A program made the translations under genes and the position numbers. From NCBI GenBank assembly GCA_030141605.1, contig JAQGDQ010000231.1, positions 186,001 to 250,000 on the forward strand: a stretch of DNA of 64,000 nt, in the 5' to 3' direction. Below the pieces are notes generated by a model, which did not search any database, was not told the origin of the DNA, and saw only the letters and a list, made by a program, of their open reading frames with translations. Positions 1 to 24,700 of this stretch are shown one piece after another. Each line of letters starts with the position of its first letter. The first letter of the stretch is position 1. Origin of the DNA: Tubiluchus corallicola. Its lineage: Eukaryota > Animalia > Priapulida.

Positions 1-10720
<10,720 letters not shown>

Positions 10721-11682
10721 ATTATGTCCAATATGGAAAATTACCACAATATGGAAAATTACCATAAGTGTTGTGAAAAAGAGAAAAATTTCACGGGACT
10801 AAATGATTAAGCTAGAACATTATACATTAAATCAACAAACATAATTGTACATTCTGTGCACATGCAAGTTCACAGATTTTAATAATTCCTTTCAAGTTGT
10901 TGATGTTGATAAAATTTGTTGCATTTTTTATTGTTCACTAAATTTTAACCAAAATCTACGAAATCTACAATCTACAAAATTGACTCTGAAAAACTGTTTT
11001 TGGACTAAGTTTGACAATGCTGTAAGTATTACTACCTATGCAGTAATCATGGTGATAGCTTGTATTGGTTATTGTTATTTTCTAGGGCGTTTTATCGGCA
11101 TGTTGTCAAACTTATTGTTATTATGACCTTACAAAGATTATAAAGATAAGTTTGTAGCATGAAGATTATCTTAGGGAAAAGGCAAAAAACTGCATATTCA
11201 ATGAAAACCTTTTTTTGGATTTTGTGATAAAAAACATTCACTGAACACCACAGAAAAAACACTATGAAACCACAAAATTCACAGTAAATAAAAACATACA
11301 AGAGAAAAACAAACTACTCCAGTCATCACCTTTACATTATCTGTGTTTAAAAGTGCTCAAAAACTTGCAAATTTTTCAATTAAGAAATTTATAACATTTT
11401 ATTAATTATGTTAAGTAAGTTTAGAAAACTACATGCCATTCACAATGACTTCTAAAATATACAACAGAATAACAAAATGACTAAAAATACAAAAACTTCA
11501 GCTTTTTAATGACAAGAAGTATGACAAAGAAATGATGTGTCCAGGTAAAATTTTGTCTGTTTAATTCGTTTTTAATCACAATGCAAAAATTCATGCTGTT
11601 CAAAATGCATGTGAATTCATGCTTATAAAAACATTTGTTTCAGACAATAAGGAAAATTCTCACTGTTTGCAAGAGATTGCTG

Positions 11683-14600
11683 TCAATAATGCTGCTCTGA
11701 TGCCCATTTATCATACAATAATATTGCATCATTTATCAGTTGTAAGTATTCCTCGATGTGGACTATGGTATCAGCTTGGGTATTATAACGATCTTCAGGA
11801 TAAAGCTGCAAGAAAGCAAAGCACTTATGAATAAAATATCAAAAGTGGTAACAACATTCAGTACTTGATTGTTCTTATTCATGAAATGAGACAGACTCGC
11901 CATGGGGTCATTCCATATCAAACTACCGATTGGCCCCCATGTAACCATTTCAGATTTGCTTGAAAAAATTCCAAAAAATAAATACGACAGTGGTGTAGCT
12001 GGTAGCTACAAAATTTCTAAAATCTGCAGGCTCCGTAATGCCAAAAACTAGTACTAGTAAAAAAATTAACTAAAACTTTTGTTTTATCATACTTTTTGTT
12101 GCTCAAAACATGAATGCAAATGACTAAAACTGCAGTAAGACAGTAAGATGTTATAATTTCCATTTATTTCGAATAAATGCGCCACTGACAGGGAACAAAG
12201 AAAACAGACAGATACTGTTAATGTTCAGCATTGATTATAGCTGTGCCTGGGACTTGGGATGAACTTTGGACTGTCTTAACCATTGGACTGTCACAGTGGC
12301 CAAGTGGTCTAAAGCATTGGCCACTGTGTAATGTAAACAGAATGTCCCTGGTTCAAATACAAGCTGTATTCCGACTTTTTCGCATTTCCTGTCTTTCAAG
12401 CTTGGTGTCAAAATTTACTTAATTGTGGATTGTACAATTACCATTATCATCATTGTTCATATATCATCATCAACAATACCATCATTCTTACTTTGCTCAA
12501 ATGCTCATGCTTATTGTGCCATTCCAAGTATGGCCCTTGAACTCGCAGCAGTTTACCAAATTCCTTGAAATTTAGTTGAGTAGCATTGTATGGAACTAAT
12601 TGTACTGCCACACAACCTCGACAACGAAACAATGCATTCATAAGTCCGGCACCATTCACACCAACGATGACAGTGTAGTTTTGAACGAGAGCAACCTAGA
12701 AAAAAATAAAATACATGTATTAATTAGTTTTTATTACTAGAAAGAAATACAGCAGTAACAGCACAAAGTGTTATAACAGATTTTTCCCATAGAAAAACAT
12801 CCTAAATTTCTTCTAATGAAGTAATGTCAATTGCACAGTTGCACAAACACTGGCTATAACTTGCTACAAGCACACAGTTTTTTATGTTTTCAGTGACATG
12901 AATGGCAACAGTTTTGTCAATCAAATGAACAGTTACAAAGCTCCATAACTTAACAAAAAAAATGCACATTTTTGCTGTTTTATGGAAACATTGGAGATGA
13001 AACTGTTTAGTATCATGTAATGACTACTGTACAGTTTGCAGGCCTAGTTACAAACAAATCAAATAAAGCAAATTTAGACATGTACAGCATTGCTATTTCC
13101 TGCAACATTACAAAGTAAAAAATGCACCTATTGATCATGGATTATGCCAGTAAGCAAATCAGCGGCTGTTTTATATCATAGGATCACGTATCATAAGATA
13201 CAAGTTTAAAAATTAATTCACATGCATGTGCAGAAAATAAAGTAGTAGAAAGTGAACTATCACACAAAAATTGGCTGTAACTCTTTTCTGTGGCTGACTC
13301 TATCATGTGTCACACTTATCAGCAGTTTATTGGGAAGCAACTCACATTTAGTACCAAGCACTTGAAGGAAAGAAACTAGTGCAGTTTAACAGCAGAATAA
13401 GACATGGACACAAGAAAAGTTTGAAAACAAAAGGTGCCCTGTGTAACGAGTATAAAAATCTGCATGAATTTGGCTCTTAGTAATTAGGCTAGCTCACAAT
13501 GTGCAACAAGATTTTACATTCAGATTTATTTTATACATCCATTTAGCGCAATACAACAAAATACAAGTTATACAATTATAAATTAACAATGCATTGCAGT
13601 GCTATGAGCGTAGCAAAAGGAACTTATAAGATACGCTCAACATGGATAAGACTTAATTAATGACATAAACAACAAAAAATACATTAGATAGAGTGAAACA
13701 AACATATACGAGAAGACGATAATGACGATGTTGATGACGATGATGATGATGATATCAATGCTGATGACAATGGTGGTGGTGATGACACTGATAATGAATT
13801 GATGCTAATAACGATGATGCACCAGGATCGATGATTTAAACCAAGTTAGCAATAAGCAAGTTAAACCAAGTTAAGATGACTAATGATGGTCGATTTTCTT
13901 ACCTGTTCACGAAAAGATTTTCCTTCAAACTTAAGCAAATCTGTTTCAACCAAATGACTGGCAGCTTCAACCAATTCTGGCTCATTTAGGATCAGCCGTC
14001 TATTAGACCTGAAAAAGTATTATGGCTTTATGGAACCGAAGATTTTTGACACAAAACTAATCTTTTGCTCAATTAAGCTTACATCTTACTTAAATCCAAT
14101 AGATTTTTCAATTGAAAAACAGCTGTCAGAGTGACACTGTATTCGAACCTGTTTACACGTTAACAAACTTATCATGGCCCATAAAGTGAAATAATTTATA
14201 TATTTTTAGTTGTGAAGACTAACTGTACTAAGTCATTTTTGTGTAAGCCATAAAAAAATCCTCAAATTTGTTTATAACTATCCAAAAACTAGTTTGAATC
14301 ATTGTTTTGCAGTTGGTCTTTTATTTTTTTGTATGTCTATTTTGTTAAAAGAAACATACTTTTAATAAGTAAATCTAATAATTATTACAAAAACAAAGCA
14401 TGGTACTTGAGGCAACTTATATGTCTCTTTGATGTTTGTAACTGAGAAGATTAATCCCATAACTGTGAAAATTGCCCCATTATGATGCTGAACCAGCACA
14501 ACAAAATTGTCACATTCCAACAATCAATATCTGAGACCAACCAACTATATGTGTACTCTGACACTTAGACATGATAGCTACCTTTTTATTAAACCAATTT

Positions 14601-16233
14601 TATGCTTCCTTGAAGGTCGAAAGATGCTCTCTTCGAGAAACTGAAATTCCTGTTTCGCGAACTGAACAAAGTTTTTCACAGCTGCAGTGAAATCCACGCG
14701 CGGTGCCTACACAAGAAAGAACAATTTAAATTTCCTAGCCTTACATAGAAGCATTGGGTGATTTTGTCAGACAGGAGTCTGAACATGTGCAAGTTATTAA
14801 AATAATATGAGAGTCAACAGATTTTCAATTAAACCTTTAATTCTACTGGATCAAAAGGTTGAGCTAGCTTTACAAATAATTCTCAAACACATTATTCCTA
14901 AAAACTTGTTAATTTTCAGTGGTATGATTTCAGATGTAAAATACATACACCAAAATATGCTTGCCTAAAGCACACCGTTTTGTTTCTCTCGAGCGTCTTG
15001 CTGTCCAATGGCAGTATGTCAGCATTTCCAAAAATTAACTGAAAAAAAGTTATAATTGTAACTGGATTAAAAAGAATTCTTAGTAGGTTTAATTAAACTA
15101 ATTAAAAAGTTTAAGTTACAGCTGAAATTTCCCCAGGCAATAAATTGAAAATAAATGAGTAATTATTCAAGTTCGTAGAGCTCTAAACTGCATATGATAA
15201 TAAATGGTAAAAACTATAAATAAGATGCTTTTGCACCAAACACATAAAGCAATATTATAATGAAAAATCTTACTGTAAAACTAACTAAGTTCAAGTGCTA
15301 TGAAACAATGACAGCAATCATTATATTGCATTGTATTTGGAGAAGCTAATCAACACCAGGCCTGTCAGGATTTAGATTATGTAAAAAAAGAGTAAGTTTG
15401 CTTCACCACCGAAATATCTATATGTAAATTTTAGATTAGTAAATTTTGTTAGTTACTGCTTATCATATTTTGCATCAGAAATCTAATACAAGGTACCATA
15501 AAATTAGTCAGTAATGCAAGGTAAGAAAATACCATCATTACTGTGAATTTGGCAAAAGCATTAGTCTTAATCTGAAGCTAATATTGCTAAAATTTGACGA
15601 ACCAATACGGTCAAAACCGCACATCAGTTTTAATATTGGATATGTTATTTATTATAATGAATTTATGATATTTACCTATACCTTCACGATCTCCATCCAG
15701 AATTTCCTATTGTCCAGAAAAGCATCCGTCTCAAATGTGATTGGCTTCATTCTACTGCTTTCCACTGCAGGCATTGCGGCCACAGATTCTGAACGAGACA
15801 AATTCCGAACGAGTGAATACAGAGGTAAGGCCATGTCGTATAGCACATGAAAATAGTTGCTACCTTTAGCCCAGTAATATACGGTAAATACAAATGCTTT
15901 GTCAAAAATCATATCACAGCCTACATTCAAAAGAGTGGTTTGCTTCAGTGGCCAAGTCTCCATTTTTTGCAATTTGGCTAAGTGTGATGCGTCCGCTACT
16001 TCTCCGGTGTAAAATGATGCATCAGAAGCTGCGAAACACACATTTGTGCAGTTGATGAATATGTATGGCCAATGGCCAGCTGTAACAGTTACAGTAGATT
16101 TCTGCAGTGGGAAAGTCAATTGTTGTTCTTTGTTTATACAGTCTTCAATGCCATCCTTTTCACAGTATTCACTAAATGCGACAGATAAGATTAAGCACTG
16201 CAGTGCAACAGCCAAGGTAGGAAAATGCATCAT
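11683..16233 (-). CDS. Glycosyltransferase family 61 protein (POMGNT2/EOGT-like), 399 aa, 6 coding exons
   Basis: Phase-consistent GT-AG exons on -: 16233-15682 (hydrophobic N-terminus; NYFHVLYDMALPLY), 15038-14949 (..TVCFRQAYFG), 14706-14582 (..KIGLIKR), 14008-13903 (SNRRLILNEPELV..FEGKSFREQ), 12695-12492 (IVGVNGAGLMNALF..VQLVPY..YLEWHN), 11805-11683 (QADTIVHIEEY..QHY*). Total 1200 nt. Motifs match GT61 (RxILNE, F.EQ, [H]GAGL, DTxV). Confidence 0.85.
12256..12446 (+). mobile_element. One-armed copy of the tRNA-like palindromic element
   Basis: Shares the core gggatgaactttggactg, the A box tggccaagtggtct, the B box ggttcaaat and the arm tail catttcc..caaaattt..aattgtgg with 2779-3030. Confidence 0.65.
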
Positions 16234-19200
16234 TTGTGTTTATGCAGCACCAGTTACGGGTACAATGTTATTTTAACATCCTAAAAATTGTAAATTTATA
16301 CACTTTAGTTATTAAGTAAGTGAATAATTAAGAACTTAAGTTTATTTGTTTACTACAATTTTTGTCAAACCACCATTTTAACACTAGTTAAAAATAGTGG
16401 CAACAATCAGCAATAATAGCGTGTAATTGTTAAAAAGTTACATGTTCTCTTGTAAGTGTGCGAAATGAATGATTTACACCTGCATCTATCTATGTTGAAT
16501 TCTTTTTTGGTTTTAGAAGGGTCCAATGTTTCATATATGCACTGGTCTACCAGAATCTAGATGCTTGAAGAGTTTTAGATATTTAAGTCGGAAAAAACCC
16601 ACCCTAGAAAACGCGAAGCTTCTTTGGTCACTATGGGAATTTTCTCTTACGTAGCTCAACGTAAACCATTCTATCATTTACATAAACTGAATAGCCAGTT
16701 AAACTAATGAAAGTTTTAACAAATCAAATTTCCTGAAAAAACACATGAGCTGACAAGGGCTGTATAGCTGTAGCTTTCTTGGGATTTCCTAGCCGCGCAA
16801 CGCACCTTTAAGCTTTCGCAAACTCGCTCTATTGAAAAGACTGCGTCACCCTGTGATGATTCATCAACGGGCCAATTGCATGCTTAACCCTCCCTTATGC
16901 CCTTCCTATGCTCCTCCTGTCAGCTCCGCCAGGCTAGCTATGTTTCCCGGATGTTCGGCTTCAAATAAGTGTTAAACAGGGAACTTTGACATGGATCTTG
17001 ATGTAGTGTTGGTACGACTGGTTCGTACAACCTAACATTAGCATGCAACTAAAAGACCACTTTATTTAGCTATAATAGACAGTGAGCAAAAACAACAAAG
17101 TAGTGAAATAAAATTAATCTCACATTTCACCATAGATTACGGGAATAAATTGGAAGAAAATATGAATGAATAAATAGAATCGATCTTTAAATTCCTCCAT
17201 GGTTCTTCAGCCTTTGGATCAACCTCAGTGTGAAAGTTCCTCAGCTGCTGTACTTGAGCGAGAGGTATCACACTGGAGTGACTCATTTATATGTGTTCAT
17301 CTACCTTCAGGTACTTTTGATTTAGATAGAAGTATCACTCATGAGCTGGTCTCATATATGAGTTGTGCTTCTCGTGAACGTCTCGAACAGTGATGGACAG
17401 GATCCTCAATGTTTTTTATGAATCTGGTCTGAGATGGTTTATTCTTTAGTTCAGAAACTATAATTTAGCAGTGAGCCTGGCATTCTTGCGGATTCTTCAG
17501 CTCTGTAGCGTTTAGTACTTACCTTAATACTATCTTACCTTCTGGCAGTTTACTCTGGCAGCTAGCTGTTTCTGTTTCAGTTATGTCCATATTTATACCA
17601 TCTAAAACACTTTATAACACCTGCCCCAGATAAATAAATATTTATTTTGATCACTAAATGTGCGGATTACATCATTTACTAATGGATTATTTGTCGTTTA
17701 TAGAAATTCGGTTGGGCGAATTTACTGATGCTTAGATTGGCAAAGATAAGAATTTACTGGAAAAGATACGAGCTTATTCTCTTTTGTTATTTTCTTCGTT
17801 TCCAGCTAAATAAATTTATGATGGAAAAGTTTCTTTCTGTTACAGAGGAAAATGCCACCGTGACACATGCAGAACTCTGACCACACCCAGACCACGCTAT
17901 CTGATCCGGATACCTACTGCTCAGTTCGATACCTTAGCAGCTGTCAGTATTTACTAGAGCTAGGCCATTTACCAGGGAGCTCTTTTGAGATATAGAGGAC
18001 TGAAGAAATCAATGAGAATGAGGAGAGGCATCAGCAATTTCCACACAGGCGTGGAGATAGCTTCCCCTATCATGGTCTGTCATAGTAGCACCAAAGTCTA
18101 CACCTTTTGAGTAGAACTCATCACGCACAAAATGTACCCCAGAGAAAGAGACTGCCTTCATCGAGTTAACAGTGGGCCACCACGCATAAACTGATGAATG
18201 TTTCAATGAATACAAAGATGTGCGTATCAGTATAACCGTATTAGACAAGACAACGACTGATTCTGTAGACTCGAACCGTTCTGGCCTTAGCCGCAAAAAA
18301 CGAATGCAAACACATTGTGACCTAAGTTTGTTCGGACAATGTAATATGGTGATTTTAGTAATGTAAATGACGAAAATATAATGGTTGTGTAACGTAGGGC
18401 TGATCTCACATCAAGTTTGAGCAGTCAGTTCACTTATAGATTGGTTGCGTGTGTTATGATGACTCAATATAACCCTTGAACAAAAGAACGTGAAACTAAC
18501 TTCAAGTCGTTTTTAAGACAAGATAATATTTTATAATATTCATCAATGTTGATATCATAAATGATAGGCCTAACCAAGTGACATACCCAGACCCCATTCA
18601 GCAATCAATAATTCCCTAAGCAGCTTAAAATTTTTAATCTAAAACAGTACTTTCAGATGCTAAAAGTAATACTCTCAGACGCTTCCAGGCACAAAAACGC
18701 TATTCTAACAGTTCAGAACAGTTAAGAATAAGTGTATGGAACAAAGCTCCATCCACACGAGTAGCATAACACATCTGTAATGTAGGACTATCAGCATCCT
18801 CAGCCGAGTCGCAGCTCACTACTAGTTCATGTTATATATTGTTTATCAAAAGTAAGAGACAAGCCACCGTAGTCCATTCAAAGGAATAAGAAGTTTCATC
18901 CACACTCAGTAATACGTAGATCACCCAACAGCATTAGGTAGAACAAGCTAAAGTTGCACGATTTATGTACAAAAAAGTATAGCAAAACTTTAAAAAACTG
19001 TTTAGTGTTGTTTCTGCCAGCGTGTTTTGCTCGGTGCTAGCCAAGTGATGCTGACTCCACCTGTGTATATGACCTGAAGAACCACGTTGCTTTCCAGTCT
19101 GGCTTCTCGCACGCTATAGAAGGATAACCTGTATTAGCATATATGTGCGTTGAGTTGTCATTGTTTCCACTTACCCGCATAACTAAATGGTAACACTTGA

Positions 19201-20623
19201 TTTTTACAGTGAACGATTTTACACAACAATTTTACATTGAAAGTTAACTACTTATACGCCCCAAAAGATTACATTAACCTAAGAAAAATATATCATATAG
19301 CAACAAAACATTATAACAGAATAATGAGTAACGGACACAAAGATATATGCTAAGCAGGTCATTACGAGCGGAAATTGAAGTAGCACTCCGAAAGTTGGTG
19401 TGGAAACAGCGACAAGGGACCCAATAATGTTGTACATTACATTCTGTCATCTGTTCTAGAAGTTCTAGCTTACTAGTTTTTTCAAGTAACATGAAAGTTT
19501 TTTACCTGTTTATTTCCGCAAATTGTTTAGTGTCATGATCCTTCTATTGACTTGAAGTTGGTAAGAATATAGTGAAGAAATGTCAGAGTCATCGTTTTAT
19601 TTTTGCTTCCTTATGTTCCCTCCATTGCAATATTAACAACATAATGAAACTGTTAAACTGACACGCATATGAAACAGAGAAAGGACAAAAGCACGTTGAA
19701 TCAGTAGCTGTCGCTAGCTGAGGTTCTGGCTGCTTGTTATAAGATCTTCTCAGCTAACAATGAAAAAGAGAAGACAGCATCAGCATTTAAGGTCACTGAA
19801 ATACGAAACTAATGTTGCTTGTATAGGTTCTCTTGGAGAAGAAAGGGCAGTTCTGTCAATAATTTAATTTTAATGGCACTTTTAAAATTTGTGCCAGAGA
19901 AAGAAAGTCCAGAAGAACTATAATTACTATAGCATCTAGACGTTCTACTACAATGTTGGATAAATCTCCATACTCAAAATTCTGTCACGATGCCTTGGTT
20001 GAGAAATATAAAACCTTTGCGATACAGCAAGCCCTATTTACAGAAACGAATCGACTGTTTGTAATGGTTCGCAATCTAATTATCGTCATTACCCAGTCTC
20101 TCCAGTGTATCAACGACGGACGAAATTAGTGTGCATAACTAACTGTTCGACTCAGCAAGGGAAGCGATCATTGATAGATTCAGTTGTGAAGCCGGTGATG
20201 CAGCGTTCGCGTTTATATTGTATTCTTGTGTTTTGTGGTCTATTTTTGAATTTCCTGTCATCATTAGAAGGTCTAAAATAAGCGCCTTCGGATTTGTTAA
20301 ACGGATGGTAGAGATTTAGTTAAAGGTGATAACGACGACATTTTTTAATAAATAGTATACAATACTGTTGAAAGTGTTTATATTCTACAAATTTCGTAAA
20401 ATGTCTGCTCGTGCACTTTAAAAGCTATGATGATAATAGAAAAGAAGATGATAGAATTAGAGAACTTTCCTTTAAATAAATAATTCGTGTGCATTGTAAA
20501 TTTGCAGACTGGATATTCAACGTGATTTGTTGCTTGGTAGAATAAAATGTTGAAGGTTTTAAAAGCACATTTCCTTTTTAGAGACTGGAAAAGTTTTGTA
20601 GCTGCAAATAACTAGACAGTAAT

Positions 20624-21715
20624 ATGGGAATAAAAGCAAATGTCAGCAATTCTCACGTTGTCAATGAGACATTTCGCGGAAAAGTTATAAAATTTTTAGA
20701 TAAAATTCCGGAAGAGTTTGACGAAGCGCCTATTGCATATTTGTACTGGACAGGAGTTGTGGCTGGAAGCATGGCTATTCTGGGCAATGCTGTGGTAGTC
20801 GTGTCAATGTTATACGGCATCAAGAAACTGAAGCCCTCTCTGATTATCATCATGAGTCTTGCAACTGCAGACATGATTCAAGGAGTTGGGGCAATCGTCA
20901 AAGCCATTTATGTGTTCTTTGAGGTCATACCAAAGAACATCGTCAACTGTTGGTTTACTTACAGTTTGCCTGTTGTCAGCTTCACTGTTTCTTCCTTGAA
21001 CATACTCATTCTTTCAGCGGATAGATACGCCAGTGCCATCGCACCACTACAATATCGAGAGATGGTAACGCGCCGGACGGCTTACGTTTCCGTACTATCG
21101 GCGTGGGCTTTTTCAGTACTCCTTTGCTGCGTGATGGTAATTGCTTCCATTGAGACACAGCGCCAGTACGGCTTCGATGACCAGTTATTAGACATCTGGT
21201 ACGCAAAATTTATGTGCGTGTACGACGGAGGATTTCACCAGCATTGGACAAACGTGACCTTCGTTGTTTTACTGACTTTGGGGCTTTTGCAGACAGTTGT
21301 GATGTATGGACACATCTATATTGTCATCATACAGAGGAAGGGAATACAGTGTTCGGTAAAGATAAACCAACGTAAGACTTTAGTAACTATCTTATTGATT
21401 GTTGGCACTTTTGCTATTTCCTATCTGCCTGTGATTGTGTATACTGTTGTACTTATGGAACCAACTCTAAGTCGACCCGTGTCAGGAAAAGTAATTGTTG
21501 GCATATTTTTGCTACCTGTGTTTAATTCAATGTTTAATCCATTAATATATGCGTTGAGGTACAACGACGTTAAAAGAAGCGTTGCAATCACTTTCAGGAT
21601 ATTTCATCTCAAGCTAACGAAGTTTCAAGCCACTAGTTTAGAAATGGGAAGCCTGGATTCTAGCGCCAAACGTGATCATTATCGTGTTCCTGGAGAAGAC
21701 AATAACAGCGTATGA
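20624..21715 (+). CDS. Intronless rhodopsin-class (class A) orphan GPCR, 363 aa
   Basis: Seven hydrophobic segments with GN (TM1), SLATAD (TM2), ADRY (TM3), W (TM4), F..SYLP (TM6) and NSMFNPLIY (TM7); N-glycosylation sequons NVS and NET; Cys at the top of TM3 and in ECL2. Confidence 0.92.
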   Translation: MGIKANVSNSHVVNETFRGKVIKFLDKIPEEFDEAPIAYLYWTGVVAGSMAILGNAVVVVSMLYGIKKLKPSLIIIMSLATADMIQGVGAIVKAIYVFFEVIPKNIVNCWFTYSLPVVSFTVSSLNILILSADRYASAIAPLQYREMVTRRTAYVSVLSAWAFSVLLCCVMVIASIETQRQYGFDDQLLDIWYAKFMCVYDGGFHQHWTNVTFVVLLTLGLLQTVVMYGHIYIVIIQRKGIQCSVKINQRKTLVTILLIVGTFAISYLPVIVYTVVLMEPTLSRPVSGKVIVGIFLLPVFNSMFNPLIYALRYNDVKRSVAITFRIFHLKLTKFQATSLEMGSLDSSAKRDHYRVPGEDNNSV

Positions 21716-24700
21716 ATTAAATAAGACTGATCAGACAAGAGATAAACACAAACATACACCATTAAGCAATTAGTCAGTAAATGAAAGTTTCTATCAGTCA
21801 TCATCGAATGGATTATATTGTCATTCTATAGTAAGAATGTTTCCCTATGTGCACTGTGCCTTTTCAATATAATACCAGGCTATGTCAATCTTGGATATAT
21901 AGTGCTTTCCAGAAATTAAAAACAAATGCATTTGTTAGTTGTTTGTTAGCTTCTTATGTATTTTGTTAAAATTGTCTCGTTAACTTGGAAACACAGTTAT
22001 TTTTATGGAAAAACGTCATAAATTTGCAATGATTCAAATAAAGTCTTACAGAATAACTATAATAAGAGTGTCTACGTTACTTTAACTTACTAGTTTTATA
22101 ACAACGTCTTAAGAAAGTAAATAATTGGCATTTAGTTAAAGTACGTACCTTAGAAGAACTTATGAACGAAGTAAAGCAATGAAACCAAAGTGCACTTTAA
22201 TAAGATCGAGAGATTCGAAAGAAACGCTGTTTTGGAGCAAAAAATCAAAACATGAAGTAAATTAAAGTGCAGATAGAGAAGTCTGAAAGGAAAACTGTAT
22301 AAGAAAGCAAACGATAGCTATTGCTGAAACTTGATCTAATGTTAATGGAGATTGATGGATCTGTCATTCCGAGCATGGTAAACATGTCAGGCTTGTTTGA
22401 AAGCATTTAACTCTTGACAAACAACCAAGAGAGATATAGATTCATTTTATAGATGTTTAGATTCATTTTAGTTCAAAATGTTTTGGCGTAAGTATCTGCA
22501 CGACTGTCGTTGATCTCAAGTTTAGTTTTATTACTCTTTTATTAACTTTTGCAGTGATGAAAAATAAGAAGAGAAGCCGCTCTATAATTAGTGCACACTG
22601 AAAGCCTGAAAATTATGAAAACAAAGTAAGAAAACCATAAATTTACGACGCTTTTTGGCTTACCAGCTTATTCAGTCACGACGTAATGGCATGAAAAGCG
22701 TCTAAAATATTCCTCATATCATGCTGATAAAATTAATTTAGAACGTGGAAAATTATTTGTGCAAAATGTAAAATGCGTATAACAGGCTGCATACTTATAA
22801 AAACAGCATTACACAACAGGGTTGAATGTTAGGTTGCTTTGTAACTGGAATTTAGCCCTTGTAGGAGTGAAAACCCTCAAAAAAGCCCTGAAAATACTCG
22901 GATGAGTTTAAGTTCTTTTACAATGAGAGAAAAACAGAGACAATATGACTTTGTAGTTACGGTGTGCTCTAAATCTGTATATAAGGTCTCTATATAAATA
23001 AAGACTTATAAAAATAGTAATAATGGGTCTGTACGCCATGTATGTATGTAGGTATCGACATTATGTAAACTATTCCATTGACTATCCGTTCTTGACTTGC
23101 AGAATACCAAACTGCATAAAAATGGTTGAAGAAATAACCGAAAATCTTCATTTCTGCCTTTTTGTCATACTTAAGTCCAATATTTTTCTACTAAATTTCG
23201 TCTGCATTATTAGACCATTGACGTTTCTTGGTGTTTCGCTGGCTAAGCCCATGGCTTAAATGAGATGCTAAGTCAATCGTGAAGGCTAACATACCAAAGA
23301 ATAATACATGCGTCTCACCTGGGAGTAACGTCCAATCATATGTACAGGTGCACGTTATTGTACAGGGTGTGCAGTATGAAATGAAGATACAGTAATTATT
23401 AGTGTAGTATGGAGCTTTTAAAAGTGAAATATGCATCGTCTTTTCGCGCAAAAGGGCACCGAAAAACAAAGCAATAATTTAAGAGGTAAAATGTTACTCA
23501 TGCTATTTTTAGCACCGTTTGGCGTATATTTGAGGTAGTTATTTCATCTCACATTCTTAGCTCACCTGTTCACACACATTTCTTTGTTTACTAGCTAGAC
23601 GCTCGCTTTCTTAGTAATTGAAAAGTTTTTTGCTAATTTATTCACTTGTCCAATCATGTGCTTGTGGTTGTGTGCAATTATATGTTTCTTTGATCGTTCG
23701 TTGCTTCATGCGTTCTTGTGATTATTGGATGATCAGTTCAATTAATTTGTTCATTGGTTAGTTAGTTAGTTAGTTCGTTGGTCCATGGTTGGCTAGTTAG
23801 TTTGTTAACTGATTGGTTATTTGGTTTGCTCAGTGGCAGATTAGTTGGCCCACTGAGAATTGGCAAAACTGGCATTACGGTTATAATGTGATTCCTGCTC
23901 CTGTAGTTGCCTTGTAGTCATTTATTATGACTTCTAAGTTTCTAAGTTAGCAGAGTACTGGGGCTCTGTACATCGTAATGCTTTATTTCTATTATTTATA
24001 GCGTCTTCATTTGGTAACGTCGAGATAACGTCGGTCTTATGTCCTCTGCCGTACATAATAATAAAAAATAATTTCCCTGAGTAGAAGTTATCTGTTCAGT
24101 GACGCACATTTAACAATTATAGTAGTTATCTCGGTGCATCCATGGACTGTCCATGTGTCCATCAACTCAGCTAATCGCTTGTTAATTTAATCTTTCTGTT
24201 GGATACAAACTTTAAGTTTTTATTTGAATCTTAAAAAACTTGTTTAATTAGTTCTCAGATACTGTTATAGTTAATTGGTTCGCCCCATTGCAAAAACAAA
24301 TACTGAAAATTCTGTTGCTGATTTACGAGGGCCGTCACTATCAAACCAATTACAACCATGTAGTTTTGCGAGTGACCTAATTATTATCAAGTACTAGCGT
24401 ATCATCATTATTTCTGTTGTCATCCGATGATTAATTTGCTGCTTAAATACGAAAAGATGATCTAATTAGGTCATTATTAGGATACTCTTTCTTGCCATAA
24501 CGTGCAGCTCGTCTGCTCTGAGTGATGGTCACATCTTTAGAGCGAACGTAGAACTGGTACAGCGAACGTAGAACTTACCTCGTTTTTTTGTTAAAGGCTT
24601 CGAAATTAAACATGGCATAGGCTATAAATTTAACATGATCACGTCATAAAAACTCATTTGGTTTTCAGAACACGCAATTTAAGTTTTCTGCGTTTTAAGA

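Noticed and set aside
10729-10764. 18-bp direct duplication in the GALE 3' UTR (similar 15-bp duplication at 24541-24575)
   Set aside because: Ordinary slippage duplications with no sign of function.
11763-11948. 61-aa minus-strand ORF as the last GT61 exon
   Set aside because: The supported terminal exon is in another frame (11805-11683), with a proper acceptor and the DTxV motif.
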